Assembly: GCA_963826345.1 (NCBI GenBank)
Contig: CAWGWU010000015.1
Location: 40,536 to 104,535 of the forward strand
Direction: 5' to 3'
DNA from: an uncultured Solirubrobacteraceae bacterium
Lineage (GTDB): Bacteria > Actinomycetota > Thermoleophilia > Solirubrobacterales > Solirubrobacteraceae
DNA length: 64,000 nucleotides
Shown: piece after piece, positions 1-10,714 of the stretch
Layout: every line of letters begins with the position of its first letter
Numbering within the stretch: position 1 is the stretch's first letter
Notes under the pieces: model-generated
Database searches by the model: none
The model's input: only the letters and a program-made list of their open reading frames with translations
What the model was told of the DNA's origin: nothing
Position numbers and translations under genes: made by a program

Positions 1-1
1 G

Positions 2-469
2 AACGTGATGGCTCACGTGTGGGCCTCGCGCGCGCTGCTGCCGGAGATGCTCGAGCGTGGCGAGGGATACCTCATCAACACGGCTTCCGCCGCGGGCCTC
101 CTCACGCAGGTCTCCTCGCTCGTCTACAGCGTGACCAAGCACGCGGCCGTCTCGCTCGCGGAGTGGATGTCGATCGAATACGCCGACCGCGGCGTACGTG
201 TCTCCTGCCTGTGCCCGCAGGGCGTTCGCACGCCGATGCTGGAACTCGCGATGGAGGACCCGGTGGGAGCGGCCGCGCTCAACTCGGGGGGCATCATCGA
301 ACCGGAGGACGTGGCGGACTCCGTCGTCGCCGGGATCCGCGACGAGCGCTTCCTGATCCTCCCTCACGAGAACGTCGCGGGGTTCCTCGCGCTGAAGGGC
401 GCGGACCCCGAACGCTGGCTGAAGGGAATGCGCAGGCTCGTGCGCGACGCCCGTCCCGCGCCGGGTTGA
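2..469 (+). CDS. Short-chain dehydrogenase/reductase (SDR), 5'-partial
   Basis: NTASAAG and catalytic YxxxK (YSVTK), followed by CPQGVRT; the frame is open to the window edge. Confidence 0.9.
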   Translation, partial: NVMAHVWASRALLPEMLERGEGYLINTASAAGLLTQVSSLVYSVTKHAAVSLAEWMSIEYADRGVRVSCLCPQGVRTPMLELAMEDPVGAAALNSGGIIEPEDVADSVVAGIRDERFLILPHENVAGFLALKGADPERWLKGMRRLVRDARPAPG

Positions 470-482
470 GCGGACGGGGCTC

Positions 483-1516
483 CTACGGGAACGCTGTCAG
501 CGTCGAGACCCCGGGGACGTTCCCGAGCGCCGGCAGCCGGTGGATGTCGGCGTCCTTGTTCTGCAGGTAGCCGCGCAGGAACGCGATGCTCACGCGGCTG
601 ACGACCGAGAGCTGTGGCTCCTGGTAGGTGTAGGGAGGCAGGTGTTCGGCGCCGAGCAGCCTCAGCAGATACTTCGGGCTCTGCGCGGCCGCGAAGTATT
701 CTTCCGTGCGCGCCGGGAGATTGATGTTGTCCGCCGTTCCCTGCGTCGCGAGCAGAGGCGGGCTCCCGGCGGGGAAGGTGAACCCGGCGACGCCCGGGAT
801 CTCTTCGCCGGAGAGGATCACCGCGGCCTTCACGCGCGGATCGCGGTAGGTCGGGTTGTAGGCGACCGCGAGCGCGGTGTCGCCGCCGTCGGACTGGCCG
901 GAGACGGCGACCTGCGTCGGTGCGATGAGACCGGAGAAGAGGCTCGACGGGGACGTGGAGGCCGCCAGCATGCCGCGAGATCACGAAGCTCATGTCCGCC
1001 GGCTGGTTGACCAGGTCCGACTCGTTCGGGCCACCCGGCGCGTCCGCGTTCTCGAGCGGGAAGACGGGCGCGGCGACGACGAAGCCCGCGCGCGCCCAGC
1101 TCTGCTGAAGGCGCGTGTAGAGCGCCGGTGTCACCGCATACCCGTGGCCGAAGATCAGGAGCGGATAGGGGCCGAAGATCTTCGCCGGCGGCGCACCGGT
1201 GACGTCCACACCCGGGGACAGGGTCGGATAGCGGATCTCGACGATGATCCGGCGCGGGCCGCTTTCACCGTCGCGGTAGGTCGCGGCGCGGCTCGTGTCG
1301 ACCATCCGCACGATGCGAAGTCCGACCCCGAACTCGGCGGGGCGGACCGGCGGCGGCGGGCGGGGGCGGCGTCGTCTTCGTGACGGTGCTCTGTACCTGC
1401 GCGACGGGCGCCGGGGGCCCGCCGCCCGTCGCCGTGAGGGCGATCACGGCCACCGCGATCGCGGTGGCCGCGAGGATCGCCGCCACGATCAGACGACGCT
1501 GTTTCAGAGCCGGCAC
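483..1516 (-). CDS. Membrane-anchored alpha/beta hydrolase (chlorophyllase/dienelactone hydrolase-like), split by 2 frameshifts
   Basis: N-terminal TM helix (ORF 1265..1516); PLLIFGHG and RAGFVVAAP (ORF 364..1311); GxSxG nucleophile GQSDGG, GTAD and GAEH (ORF 483..971); frame changes near 1330 and 975. Confidence 0.75.
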
Positions 1517-1559
1517 CCCCGGGCACCGCCGGGCGACAGCTGGTGCCCTGCTCGCACGA

Positions 1560-2471
1560 TCAGCAGGTTCCCGAGTACTGGGAAACGCCGCGGCCGGATT
1601 CGGGCTGGTCCACCAGGCCGACCTCTTCCGGCCTCAGGATCGCGCCGAGATGGACGACGTACCACACGCCGCGCCAGGAGATCATGGACGCGATTCCGAA
1701 GGAGCGCTCCCGGCCGCCCTCCCAGTAGACGATGCGGGCGTTCGGCATCTCGTAGTAGCCGATGCTGTTGTAACAGGCACCGGACGGCACCCAGTGGCTG
1801 AAGCTGGCGGGGACGTCGACGGCTATGAAGTGTGCGTGCGAGGCTCCGGCGCCGAGCATCCGGTGCGCGGCGTGGATGTCCAGCGCGTAGTCGTGGACGA
1901 GCCGGTTGGTCCAGTCCGAGCCGGCTGAATAGATTGCCTTCAGCTGCACATACGCTCCTTTGGGGAAGAAGGCGGGGAGCGCCGGCCTTACGGTGTCGTG
2001 CACGACACCCGCCCACAGGGCTTCCATCAGCAGCGTCAGATGGTGGTTGCGAGGGCCGGGGTCGGTGTTCGTCTGCGGCAGCTTGCCCTGGGCGATGGTG
2101 TTCAGCGCGAGCGGCGACGGAGCGCTCGCCGATGCGCTGGCCGGGGGTGCCGTTGAGGACACCGTTCTGGCGGCGGGGGCCACGGGCGCGGCGAGCTTCG
2201 CCGGCGAGCTGGCGGACGGCGAGGCGCTGCCCATCCCGCCGGCCACCGCGACCACGAGCAGGGCCAGGACGGCGCCGAGCGCGATCAGGACGACCCGCCC
2301 GCGCGTGGTTATCCGCAGCCTGGAGGCGGGACGGTCCGGGCTGGGGCGGGCCGGGCCGGCCGTGCCCTGCCTTGGGGGGTTTTCGCGAGCCGTCATCTGC
2401 AACCTCAAGTTAGCCGAGCGTCGCGCCGCCGGGCGCATACGAGGGTTCGTTAGATGCTTCTCACGCGGCAC
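1560..2471 (-). CDS. Membrane-anchored hypothetical protein
   Basis: Single TM helix, Ala/Ser/Pro linker and a globular C-terminal domain; start codon uncertain. Confidence 0.75.
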   Translation of the reverse strand: MPREKHLTNPRMRPAARRSANLRLQMTARENPPRQGTAGPARPSPDRPASRLRITTRGRVVLIALGAVLALLVVAVAGGMGSASPSASSPAKLAAPVAPAARTVSSTAPPASASASAPSPLALNTIAQGKLPQTNTDPGPRNHHLTLLMEALWAGVVHDTVRPALPAFFPKGAYVQLKAIYSAGSDWTNRLVHDYALDIHAAHRMLGAGASHAHFIAVDVPASFSHWVPSGACYNSIGYYEMPNARIVYWEGGRERSFGIASMISWRGVWYVVHLGAILRPEEVGLVDQPESGRGVSQYSGTC

Positions 2472-2502
2472 CGGCGCGGCCGCAGGCTAGCATCGGTTCT
2501 GT

Positions 2503-3534
2503 ATGTCAGCGCACATGCCAGACGAACCGCTCGACAGGGCGGCCCGGCGCGCGGAAGCGCGTGAGGCGCGGCGCAGGGTGCACGCCCGCAGGCGATTCAG
2601 CCTGGTGGCGGCGCTCGCGGTGCTCGTCGCCGTCGGCGCGTATCTGGCGACCGGCTCGGGCGGGCACGCCGGGAGCACGGGCGGCGCAGGCTCCTCCGGG
2701 AGCGCGTCCGCTGCCACTCCCGCCAAGCCGGCGCCGCCGCCGCCGCCGGCGCTCGTCGTGCACGCTCCCCGCACGAGCGCCGCCAGCTGGACGCTCGCGG
2801 CGCGGGTACACGGGCAGCCCGCCGTGTGGGTCGCCCACCGCGGCGGCGTGACACTCGTGCGGATGGACCAGAGTCAGGTGCACCTGACTCTGCACGCGGG
2901 CTCAGCGGACGGCGGTGAAGTGGGATGGGTCTACGGCGACAAGATCACCCCCGCCGAGATCCACCGCCTGATCGCGGCATTCAACGGCGGCTTCAAGCTG
3001 AGCTACGCGAGCACCGGGTTCAAGTCCGGCTCCCACGTCGCCTCGTCCCTGAAGTCCGGCCTGGCATCGATCGTCACCTACACCGACGGCACCACCAACA
3101 TCGGCAGCTGGAACGCGGGGGTCCCGAGCGCCCAGAAACGCGTCTTCTCGGTGCTCCAGAACCAGAACCTGCTGATCGACCGCGGCGTCGCGGCGCCCAC
3201 CGTCTCCACGTGCATCATCGAATGCTGGGGAGCCACCATCGGCGGGCGCACGACGGTCGCTAGATCGGCGATCGGGATCACCTCCTCCGGCCAGCTGGTC
3301 TGGGCGGCCGGCGAGAGCCTGCTGCCCTCGGAACTCGCGAGCGCGATGGTCAGGGCCGGAGTGCTGCGCGCGGTCGAGCTCGACATCAATCCGGACTGGG
3401 TTGCGGGCTACCTCTACGAACACCATCCTGGAGGCCCGACGGGCGTGCCGCTCGTGCCCGAACAGCTGGGCATCGCGGGCAAGTTCCTGGAACCGTACAG
3501 CCGCGACTTCCTGGCGGTCGTCGCCAACCGCTAG
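2503..3534 (+). CDS. Phosphodiester glycosidase (NAGPA-like) family protein, membrane-anchored
   Basis: TM helix, then AAFNGGF, ARSAIG and AVELDIN motifs typical of this family. Confidence 0.75.
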   Translation: MSAHMPDEPLDRAARRAEAREARRRVHARRRFSLVAALAVLVAVGAYLATGSGGHAGSTGGAGSSGSASAATPAKPAPPPPPALVVHAPRTSAASWTLAARVHGQPAVWVAHRGGVTLVRMDQSQVHLTLHAGSADGGEVGWVYGDKITPAEIHRLIAAFNGGFKLSYASTGFKSGSHVASSLKSGLASIVTYTDGTTNIGSWNAGVPSAQKRVFSVLQNQNLLIDRGVAAPTVSTCIIECWGATIGGRTTVARSAIGITSSGQLVWAAGESLLPSELASAMVRAGVLRAVELDINPDWVAGYLYEHHPGGPTGVPLVPEQLGIAGKFLEPYSRDFLAVVANR

Positions 3535-3573
3535 CCGCCGGCGGCGCGTGTCTCCGCGGAGCGGGGAGCGGGC

Positions 3574-3939
3574 CTACTCTTCGCCGAGGGCGGCGGCGCC
3601 GAGAGCGACCGCTGAGAGCGCGGTGCCGGTGACGAGCACGCTCGTGAACTTCGGGAGATAGCCGCGGAGCCCTCCGGCGAGGCCGGCTGCCGCGTCGGCG
3701 ACGTCGCATGCGAGGCCGGCCGTCAGCCACAGGCGGCGGGCGTCTCCCTCGCTTGAGAGCACCCCGACTCCGAGTGCGATGTCGCGGGCTCCGAACAGGC
3801 GCGCGAGGTACGGGGACTGCGGGTTCGCCTTCGCGTCGAGGCCGAACAGCTTGCACGCGACGCGGGGCGTCGCCCAGGACGCGGTACCGATCGCGATCCT
3901 CAGTCCCACCAGTGCCTTGACTGCTCCGCCCTCGCTCAT
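3574..3939 (-). CDS. Small membrane protein (DUF4267-like)
   Basis: LRIAIG...ARLFGARDIALG...DVADA pattern; ATG at 3939 preceded by a TAGAGT -10-like box. Confidence 0.7.
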   Translation of the reverse strand: MSEGGAVKALVGLRIAIGTASWATPRVACKLFGLDAKANPQSPYLARLFGARDIALGVGVLSSEGDARRLWLTAGLACDVADAAAGLAGGLRGYLPKFTSVLVTGTALSAVALGAAALGEE

Positions 3940-3999
3940 GCTCGCGACTCTACACCAGCACCGGCCGCACGCGCTCGCGAGCGCGCATAGACTCGGCGA

Positions 4000-4329
4000 A
4001 TGATCGTCGTCACGGGGAGGGTGCGGGTCGCGCCGGAGAGCCGCGAGCGGTTCATCGCCATCGCCACCGAGATGTGCCGCCGCTCGCGTGAGGAGGACGG
4101 TTGCGGCGGCTACCGCGTCTATGAGGACCTCGAGCAGCCCTCGCACTACGTCTTCGTCGAGGAATGGGCCGACGACGCAGCGCTGCGCCAGCACTTCGCC
4201 GAGCCCCACACCGGCAGCTTCATGGCTGCGCTGGGCGGCCTGCTCGACGGGCCGGCCGACGCGCTGTTCCACACGACCGCGCAGACTCGGCGCCTGGAGC
4301 CCGGCCGCGGGCTCGTCCCCGTCGACTGA
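4000..4329 (+). CDS. ABM-domain (putative quinol monooxygenase) protein
   Basis: SREEDGC..Y...FVEEW.D..AL..HF..PH signature; TAGACT 6 nt upstream of ATG. Confidence 0.88.
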   Translation: MIVVTGRVRVAPESRERFIAIATEMCRRSREEDGCGGYRVYEDLEQPSHYVFVEEWADDAALRQHFAEPHTGSFMAALGGLLDGPADALFHTTAQTRRLEPGRGLVPVD

Positions 4330-4350
4330 CGAACCTCCCCGGAAGCGGAT

Positions 4351-5688
4351 CTAGCCCGCCGCGGGCCGAACCTCAAGGCGCGCGACCGTCGAGAACGTGC
4401 ACCAGTACACCTCGCGCCCCCATCCCGGCGCCGGGAACAGCACCGACTGGAACATGCTGGGCACGCGTGCTCGGGCGATCTCGTTCCCCGTCTCGATGTC
4501 CAGTACCACGACGTCGTCGCCGCCGGCGCGAGCCGCCGCAGCTCGAACCGCGCGCGAGCGGGGAGCCCGGCCGGCCCGTGGACCCAGCGCCCGTGCGAGC
4601 GCTGAGCTCGCCAGCGCAGGGCCCGACCAGTCCGCAACGATCAGCTCGCCGGTGTCGGGGTAGCGGATCATGTGCGCGGCGTGCGCGAGGGGGCGCTCCC
4701 ACAGCCGCTGGAGGCGATCGCCGTGGCGGAAGGCGGCGAGAACCCCGTTCGCGGAGTCGTACCCGACGGCGATGCGCCGGCCGGGGTCATAGAGCGGCGG
4801 GTTGGTGACCGCTCCCCGCGGCCTGCCGCAGATCTCGATCATCTCGCGGTCCGGCGGGCCTGAGAGCGAGACGCGGACGAGATGGACGGGGCCGGCCGAT
4901 ACGCCGGCGCGGAGCATCGTGGAGGCGTACTCGTGCGCACCGTTGTCCAGGAACCAGAGGTTGCCGCCCTCGATCACGGGGTCCCACCCGTATGACTGGC
5001 CACCGCGCTCCAGATACGGCACCTCGAGCTCGCGCGTCAGCTCGTGCCCGTCCCACAGCCAGCCGTGCACCGAACTGGCGCCCACCGCATACAGCCGGTC
5101 CCCGTGGGCCGAGAGCCGGGCAACGGCGCTCTCGGGCAGGCACACGTCCTCGCATCGCTGAGCGAGGGTCGCGGGGTCCAGCAGCGTGAGCCTCGCGGGC
5201 CGTGAGAGGCTGCGGTCGATGTCCTTCATCGCGAGCGTCCCGTCGCCGAGCACGACGAACGAGTTGTAGGGCGCGTCGACCGGGAGCTCGCGCGCGGCGA
5301 GCACCTCCAGGTCGGCCGAGAGGCGGTGGCAGTGGCGGCCGAAGACGACGTGCAGCGACCCGTCCGCATGGGCGGCCATCCCTCCTGGCCAGAACGGCCC
5401 TGCGGGCAGCTCCGGCGATCGCGCCAGCGGCGCGAGCGTGACGGGGTCGATCCTCTCGACCCAGCACGCGGCGGGGTCGGTGTGCGGGCGCGCACCCATC
5501 GTGTGCCGCAGGAGATAGACCTCGCCGGGATCGCGCAGAACGATCATCGTGCTGGCGAAGGCGTCGCGAACCGCGCCCGCTACCAGCCGCTCCCCGGGAG
5601 CGATCGCAAGGCCAGGCGCTCCGCGGGGCGCCTGGGATCGCTCGGGGCCACCGTCCTCCGCAGGCCATGGACTCGGCCACAGGCTCAT
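4351..5688 (-). CDS. Hypothetical protein, possibly beta-propeller
   Basis: Protein-like ORF from MSLWPSPWPAEDGG with repeated short beta-type segments; no family firmly recognised. Confidence 0.7.
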   Translation of the reverse strand: MSLWPSPWPAEDGGPERSQAPRGAPGLAIAPGERLVAGAVRDAFASTMIVLRDPGEVYLLRHTMGARPHTDPAACWVERIDPVTLAPLARSPELPAGPFWPGGMAAHADGSLHVVFGRHCHRLSADLEVLAARELPVDAPYNSFVVLGDGTLAMKDIDRSLSRPARLTLLDPATLAQRCEDVCLPESAVARLSAHGDRLYAVGASSVHGWLWDGHELTRELEVPYLERGGQSYGWDPVIEGGNLWFLDNGAHEYASTMLRAGVSAGPVHLVRVSLSGPPDREMIEICGRPRGAVTNPPLYDPGRRIAVGYDSANGVLAAFRHGDRLQRLWERPLAHAAHMIRYPDTGELIVADWSGPALASSALARALGPRAGRAPRSRAVRAAAARAGGDDVVVLDIETGNEIARARVPSMFQSVLFPAPGWGREVYWCTFSTVARLEVRPAAG

Positions 5689-5742
5689 CGCCCGGGAGCT
5701 TCGCAGAGTGGGGTCACGGGCGGGGGATGCCACCATGGGCAC

Positions 5743-6213
5743 ATGAGCGAGTCGGTCTGGGACTATCCGCGGCCACCGCGCGTCGAGCGTGAGCGCAGGC
5801 GTGTGCGGGTCATCCTCGCCGGCGCGGTCATCGCCGACAGCACGCGGGCTCGGAGGGTGCTCGAGACGAGCCACCCGCCCGCCTTCTACCTGCCGATCGC
5901 CGACGTCGCCGACGGGGCGCTCGAGCCGTCCCCGGCGCGGGGGACGGTGTGCGAGTTCAAGGGCGTCGCGAGCTACCTCGATGTGCGAGCGGCCGATGGC
6001 CGCGTGCTGCATGGGGTCGCCTGGACCTTCCCGCAGCCATCGCCCGGGTTCGAGGGCCTCCTGGGCACCGTCGCCTTCTACCCCGGCCCGATGGATCAGT
6101 GCACCGTCGGCGGCGAGGTGGTGCGCGCGCAGCCAGGGGACTTCTATGGCGGCTGGATAACGAGCGACGTCACCGGTCCCTTCAAGGGCGGCCCCGGCAC
6201 GCGCGGCTGGTAG
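5743..6213 (+). CDS. DUF427 domain protein
   Basis: ESVWDYPRPP, VLETSHPP.FY, CEFKG.ASY and FYGGWIT...GPFKG motifs. Confidence 0.9.
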   Translation: MSESVWDYPRPPRVERERRRVRVILAGAVIADSTRARRVLETSHPPAFYLPIADVADGALEPSPARGTVCEFKGVASYLDVRAADGRVLHGVAWTFPQPSPGFEGLLGTVAFYPGPMDQCTVGGEVVRAQPGDFYGGWITSDVTGPFKGGPGTRGW

Positions 6214-6222
6214 GGGTCCGGC

Positions 6223-8368
6223 TCAGCGAATCTGCACGCCGCTGGGACGAGGTTCCTCTTCGTCGGCGGCCTCGTGGATCGGGGGCCGCGCGGCGCGGGC
6301 TGCCACGATCGGCCCGTCCGCAGGCTCCTCCGGCACAGCGGCGGTCCCGGCAGCTTTGGCCTGGAGGGCGTGCGGGTCGCCGACGAGGGCGCGGTCGCGG
6401 CCTGCCTGCTTCGCTGCGTACAGGCCGGCGTCGGCGATGTTCAGCAGATCCTCGAGTGTGTCCGCCTGCCCGGAGTCCGTGACTCCGAAGCTTGCGGTGA
6501 AGCGTGCTGTTTCACCCGGGTGGGCGACCGCGAGGTCGTGGCGCACGCGGTCGAGCACGTTGACCGCCTGGAAGCGGTCGAGCTCGGGGAGCACGATCAC
6601 GAACTCCTCGCCGCCCCAGCGCGCGATCAGGTCGTTGTCGCGCAGCGTCTGCTTGGTGGTCTGGGCGAACAGCCGCAGCGCTCGGTCGCCCGCCTCGTGG
6701 CCGTGCGTGTCATTCAGCGGACTTGAACTTGTCCAGGTCGGCTATCACGAGCGAGAACAGGCGACGAGCCTTGATCAGTTCGCGCAGTTCCTTCTCCCCG
6801 GTGCGCCTGTTGACGAGTCCGGTCAGGCCATCCGTTGAGGCCTGCAGCTGCGTCTTCTCGAACGCGCGCACCGTTCCGATGCGTGCGCCGGCCTGGCCTG
6901 CGAGCACCGTCAGCTGGCTCACGGCCTCTCCGGAGAGCGGCTGCCGGTCGGGCCCGGTGGTGTGCAGCACACCGAGCGCGCGGCCCATGAAGCTGACCGG
7001 CACGCAGACCGCGGAGCATGGCCCGGACTCGCGGCCGCGCAGCTGCGGGCAAGAGTTCAGTGACTCGCTGGAGTCGAATACGACGGCCGTGCCGCGGCGC
7101 ACGGCGACACACGAGAACGGTGACTTGACCGGGCAGCCCGGTGCCTCCTGCGAGGGGTTGCAGGCTGCTCTTGACAGGTTCGCGCGGCTGGAGTCGGACA
7201 GCAGCAGCTCCATCGGAGTGGGCTCGGAGATCTCGATCGTCGCGCGCTCGATGACGTCGAAGACTTCGAGCTCCTCGTCGGCCATCTCGAGCGCCTCCGA
7301 GAGGTGGCTCGCGAACCCGTCGCGGTCGAGCTGGGCCGTGAGTTCGCCCTCGAGCTGAACCCGGTCGGTCGTGTCGCGGGCGTTCAGGACGACACCGCGC
7401 AGGTTGCGGTCCGCGCGCAGGTCCGTCGTGTGGGCCTCGAGGTGGCGCCATTCGCCGGCCCCGTTGAGCATGCGGAAGCTGAATTCGGCAGGCGAGCCGC
7501 TCAGCGCGACGGACTGCAGCAGGCCGCGGTCCTCCTCGTGGACATACTCCGCCAGGCGCGTGCCGTAGAGGTCGCCCTCGGCCTTGCCGACCATCGCAGC
7601 GACCGAGCGGCTCACGTAGCGGCAGCCCTCCTCGCCGAGCACGACGACAAGATCGCTCGAGGAGAGCGCGAGGCTGCGGAAGTGGGCGCTCTGGCGGCGC
7701 GTCGTCGCGAGCAGCACCGACGCGAGCAGCACCGTGATCAGCAGCCCCCCGACGCCGAGCAGCACCTGGGTGGTGACGAGGTTGCCGATGTTGGATTCGT
7801 CGGCACGGGTCATCGACCGCGCAGCGACGAGCGAGACATTCGAGGTGAGCGCGGCCAGCACACGAAGCCGCTCGATCGGGTCGGTCGTCGAGATGTGCTC
7901 TCGCGCGGTCTGGGGCAGGCCGGCGACGGGGCCGTGCGCGAGCACTGCTTCACCGGTTTCGGTCAGGTCGCTGACCAGCCGCTGCTCCTGCGCGAACTCG
8001 TTGCGCAGCCCGCTTCCTTCGGCCGCCTGGAGCGTCGTCTGGTCATCGTCGCCGTTGACGGCCGGGGCGACGCCGCCTTCGAGCAGGGCCGTGGAGCTGG
8101 CGGCCATCACCGACGCGATCGTCGCGGGGTCGGCCCGGCGGCCTTCCCGGGCGAGCAGGACTTCCTTGACGTAGCGTTCGGCGAGCGTGCGCTGACGGCT
8201 CGCGACCTCGATCGTCGTCGCGCGGTGCTCGGAGCCGCCGGTGACCTTGACCGACAGGAAGATGCTCGCGGCGGAGACCAGCGCGAAGGTCAGGAAGATC
8301 GCGATGATCGGCCCGTTCTTGGAGCCGGTCGCCGCGAACGGCCGCAGCCTGCGCGTGGGGAGCTTCAT
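6223..8368 (-). CDS. Membrane sensor diguanylate cyclase (TM - PilJ/NarX-like extracellular domain - TM - PAS - GAF - GGDEF), one frameshift near 6718
   Basis: TDGLTGLVNRR and IADLDKFK in ORF 6710..8368; the shifted frame continues NDTHGHEAGD...LIARWGGEEF...ADAGLYAAKQAGRD. Confidence 0.85.
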
Positions 8369-8814
8369 GACGTCACCACGAGTTCGTCGTGCATGCCGGC
8401 CATGTAGTGGCCCTCCATGTTGCAGAACAGGACGTAGCGGCCCGGCGCCAGGTGCAGCTGCAGATAGCGGACGGCTCCCGCGTGACCCGGCTCGAGCGCT
8501 CCCGCCTCACGGGTCTGGATGGTCTCCTCGCTGACGGTGAGACCGTCCGCTCGGAGCGGGAGATGCCAGCTGGCGTACGGCACGACGATCAGCTCGTGCT
8601 GGGTGGGGCCTTCGTTGGTGACGCGGAGCGTGTACTCGCCTGCGGTGAGGTGGGTCGGGGCGCTGATGTGGAAGTCGCCCTCGCTCACGGGCACGACCGT
8701 GCCCGCGACCTTCGCTCCGCCGGAGCCGCCGCACCCGAGCGCGACGACCGCGAGGAGTCCCGCGGTCCAGACCGCAATGAGTAGCCGCAACCCATTCCTG
8801 ACGCTTAGGCGCAT
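8365..8814 (-). CDS. Blue-copper (cupredoxin, sulfocyanin/plastocyanin-like) lipoprotein
   Basis: Lipobox ALGC; HELIV plus C-x4-H-x4-M (CNMEGHYMAGM) type-1 Cu ligands; ATGA overlap with the downstream cyclase. Confidence 0.85.
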   Translation of the reverse strand: MRLSVRNGLRLLIAVWTAGLLAVVALGCGGSGGAKVAGTVVPVSEGDFHISAPTHLTAGEYTLRVTNEGPTQHELIVVPYASWHLPLRADGLTVSEETIQTREAGALEPGHAGAVRYLQLHLAPGRYVLFCNMEGHYMAGMHDELVVTS

Positions 8815-8919
8815 AGGCCACCAATCGGCCGATCGCGCAGAAACCTTACGCGCTGCACCCTCGCTGCCGGCGGGTCTCGCCGGCGAGTCGCGCCGCGGGG
8901 GCGGGGCTATAGTCACGCG

Positions 8920-9669
8920 ATGCCCGAACGGAGATTGGACGGCAAGGTGGCTCTGATCACCGGCGCGGCGGGGGGCATCGGCGCGGCAACCGCCGGGCGC
9001 TTCGCATCCGAGGGAGCTGACGTCCTGCTCACGGACGCGCGCGCGGAGGCTCTGCAGAGCATCGCGGCCGAGCTCGGCGAGCGTGCCCGCTGGCGAGCGC
9101 ACGACGTGAGCAGTGAGGAGAACTGGGAGGCGGTCGCCACGTGGGCGGCCGAACTCCACGGCCGTGTTGACGTGCTGGTCAACAACGCCGGTGTGTTCCA
9201 CGCGGCGCCGCTCGCGGACACGGCCGCCGAGGACTTCAGGCGCGTGCTCGACATCAACGTGACCGGTGTCTTCCTCGGGATGAGGACGATCGCCCCGATG
9301 ATGGCCGCGGCCGGCAGCGGGTCGATCATCAACGTCTCATCGGTGGCCGGCCTGACGGGCGGGCCGTACCTGACCGCCTACACGGCGAGCAAGTGGGCAG
9401 TCCGCGGGATGACCAAGACTGTCGCCAGAGAGTTCGCGAGGACCGGCGTGCGGGTCAACTCCGTCCACCCCGGGCAGATCGACACCGACATGAACACGCG
9501 CCAACGCGAGCGCACACCCGAGCTGCTCGACAAGCTGATCAGGGGCATCCCGATGCGGCGCATCGGAACCCCCGACGAGGTCGCACACGCGATGGTGTAC
9601 CTCGCGTCCGACGAGAGCATCTACATGACCGGGTCGGAGCTGACCCTCGACGGCGGCACGACCGCCTGA
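8920..9669 (+). CDS. SDR oxidoreductase (3alpha,20beta-hydroxysteroid dehydrogenase-like)
   Basis: TGAAGGIG, NNAG, YTASK, VHPG. Confidence 0.92.
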   Translation: MPERRLDGKVALITGAAGGIGAATAGRFASEGADVLLTDARAEALQSIAAELGERARWRAHDVSSEENWEAVATWAAELHGRVDVLVNNAGVFHAAPLADTAAEDFRRVLDINVTGVFLGMRTIAPMMAAAGSGSIINVSSVAGLTGGPYLTAYTASKWAVRGMTKTVAREFARTGVRVNSVHPGQIDTDMNTRQRERTPELLDKLIRGIPMRRIGTPDEVAHAMVYLASDESIYMTGSELTLDGGTTA

Positions 9670-9697
9670 GCCAAACCACGAGCGCCGGGAGGCCCGC

Positions 9698-10714
9698 ATG
9701 AGCAACGTGAATCGACAGGTCCGGCTCGCCGCGCGACCCGCTGGGCTGCCCAAGCCCACCGACTGGGAGATCACCGAGGAGCGGATCCCGGAGCCCGGCG
9801 AGGGCGAGTTCGCCGTCGAGATCTCGCACATCTCGCTGGACCCCGCGATGCGCGGATGGATGAACGCCGGTCCGTCCTACATACAGGCCGTCGAGATCGG
9901 CGACGTGATGCGCGCCGCCGCGGTCGGCCGTGTCACGGACTCGGGTCACCCGCGCTTCTCGGTCGGCGACGAGGTCAGCGGCGCGTTCGGCGTCCAGGAG
10001 CACGCCGTCTCGGACGGCCGCGGCGTGATCAAGATCGACACCTCGATCGCGCCCGCGCCGACCTGGCTCGGCACGCTCGGGATGACGGGCATGACCGCCT
10101 ACTTCGGGCTTCTCGACGTCGCGCGCCTGGCCGAGGGCGACACCGTGGTGATCTCCGGCGCCGCCGGCGCCGTCGGCAGCATCGCCGGCCAGATCGCGAG
10201 GATCAAGGGCGCCTCGCGCGTGATCGGGATCGCCGGTGGCGCTGAGAAGTGCGCGTGGCTGGTGGACGAGCTCGGCTTCGACGAGGCGATCGACTACAAG
10301 GCCCAGGATGTGCGCGGTGCACTGCGCACCGCCGCGCCCGAGCGCGTGGACGTGTACTTCGACAATGTGGGCGGCGAGATACTCGACGCCGCACTCACGC
10401 GGCTCGCGATGGGCGCACGGATCGTGATCTGCGGCGCGGTGTCGCAGTACAACGCGACCGAGGGCGTGAAGGGGCCTGACAACTACCTCGCGCTGCTCGT
10501 CTCGCGGGCCTCGATGATCGGGATGGTCGTGTTCGACTACGCCGACCGCTTCACGCAGGCCGCGGGCGAGATCGCCGGCTGGATGCGCGAGGGGCTGATC
10601 GTCTCGCGCGAGGAAGTCATCGACGGCGGGATCGACGCGTTCCACGACACCCTGCTGCGGCTGTTCCGCGGGGAGAACACCGGCAAGCTCGTGCTCGCTG
10701 TCGCCGGGGGATAG
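9698..10714 (+). CDS. NADP-dependent oxidoreductase (prostaglandin reductase/CurA-like MDR)
   Basis: SLDPAMRGWM, GMTAYFGL, GAAGAVG, YFDNVGG, GENTGK. Confidence 0.93.
   Translation: MSNVNRQVRLAARPAGLPKPTDWEITEERIPEPGEGEFAVEISHISLDPAMRGWMNAGPSYIQAVEIGDVMRAAAVGRVTDSGHPRFSVGDEVSGAFGVQEHAVSDGRGVIKIDTSIAPAPTWLGTLGMTGMTAYFGLLDVARLAEGDTVVISGAAGAVGSIAGQIARIKGASRVIGIAGGAEKCAWLVDELGFDEAIDYKAQDVRGALRTAAPERVDVYFDNVGGEILDAALTRLAMGARIVICGAVSQYNATEGVKGPDNYLALLVSRASMIGMVVFDYADRFTQAAGEIAGWMREGLIVSREEVIDGGIDAFHDTLLRLFRGENTGKLVLAVAGG

Noticed and set aside
3970-3985. 16-bp palindrome CGCGCTCGCGAGCGCG between divergent genes
   Set aside because: Almost entirely G/C and low complexity; likely chance, with no second copy or nearby regulator
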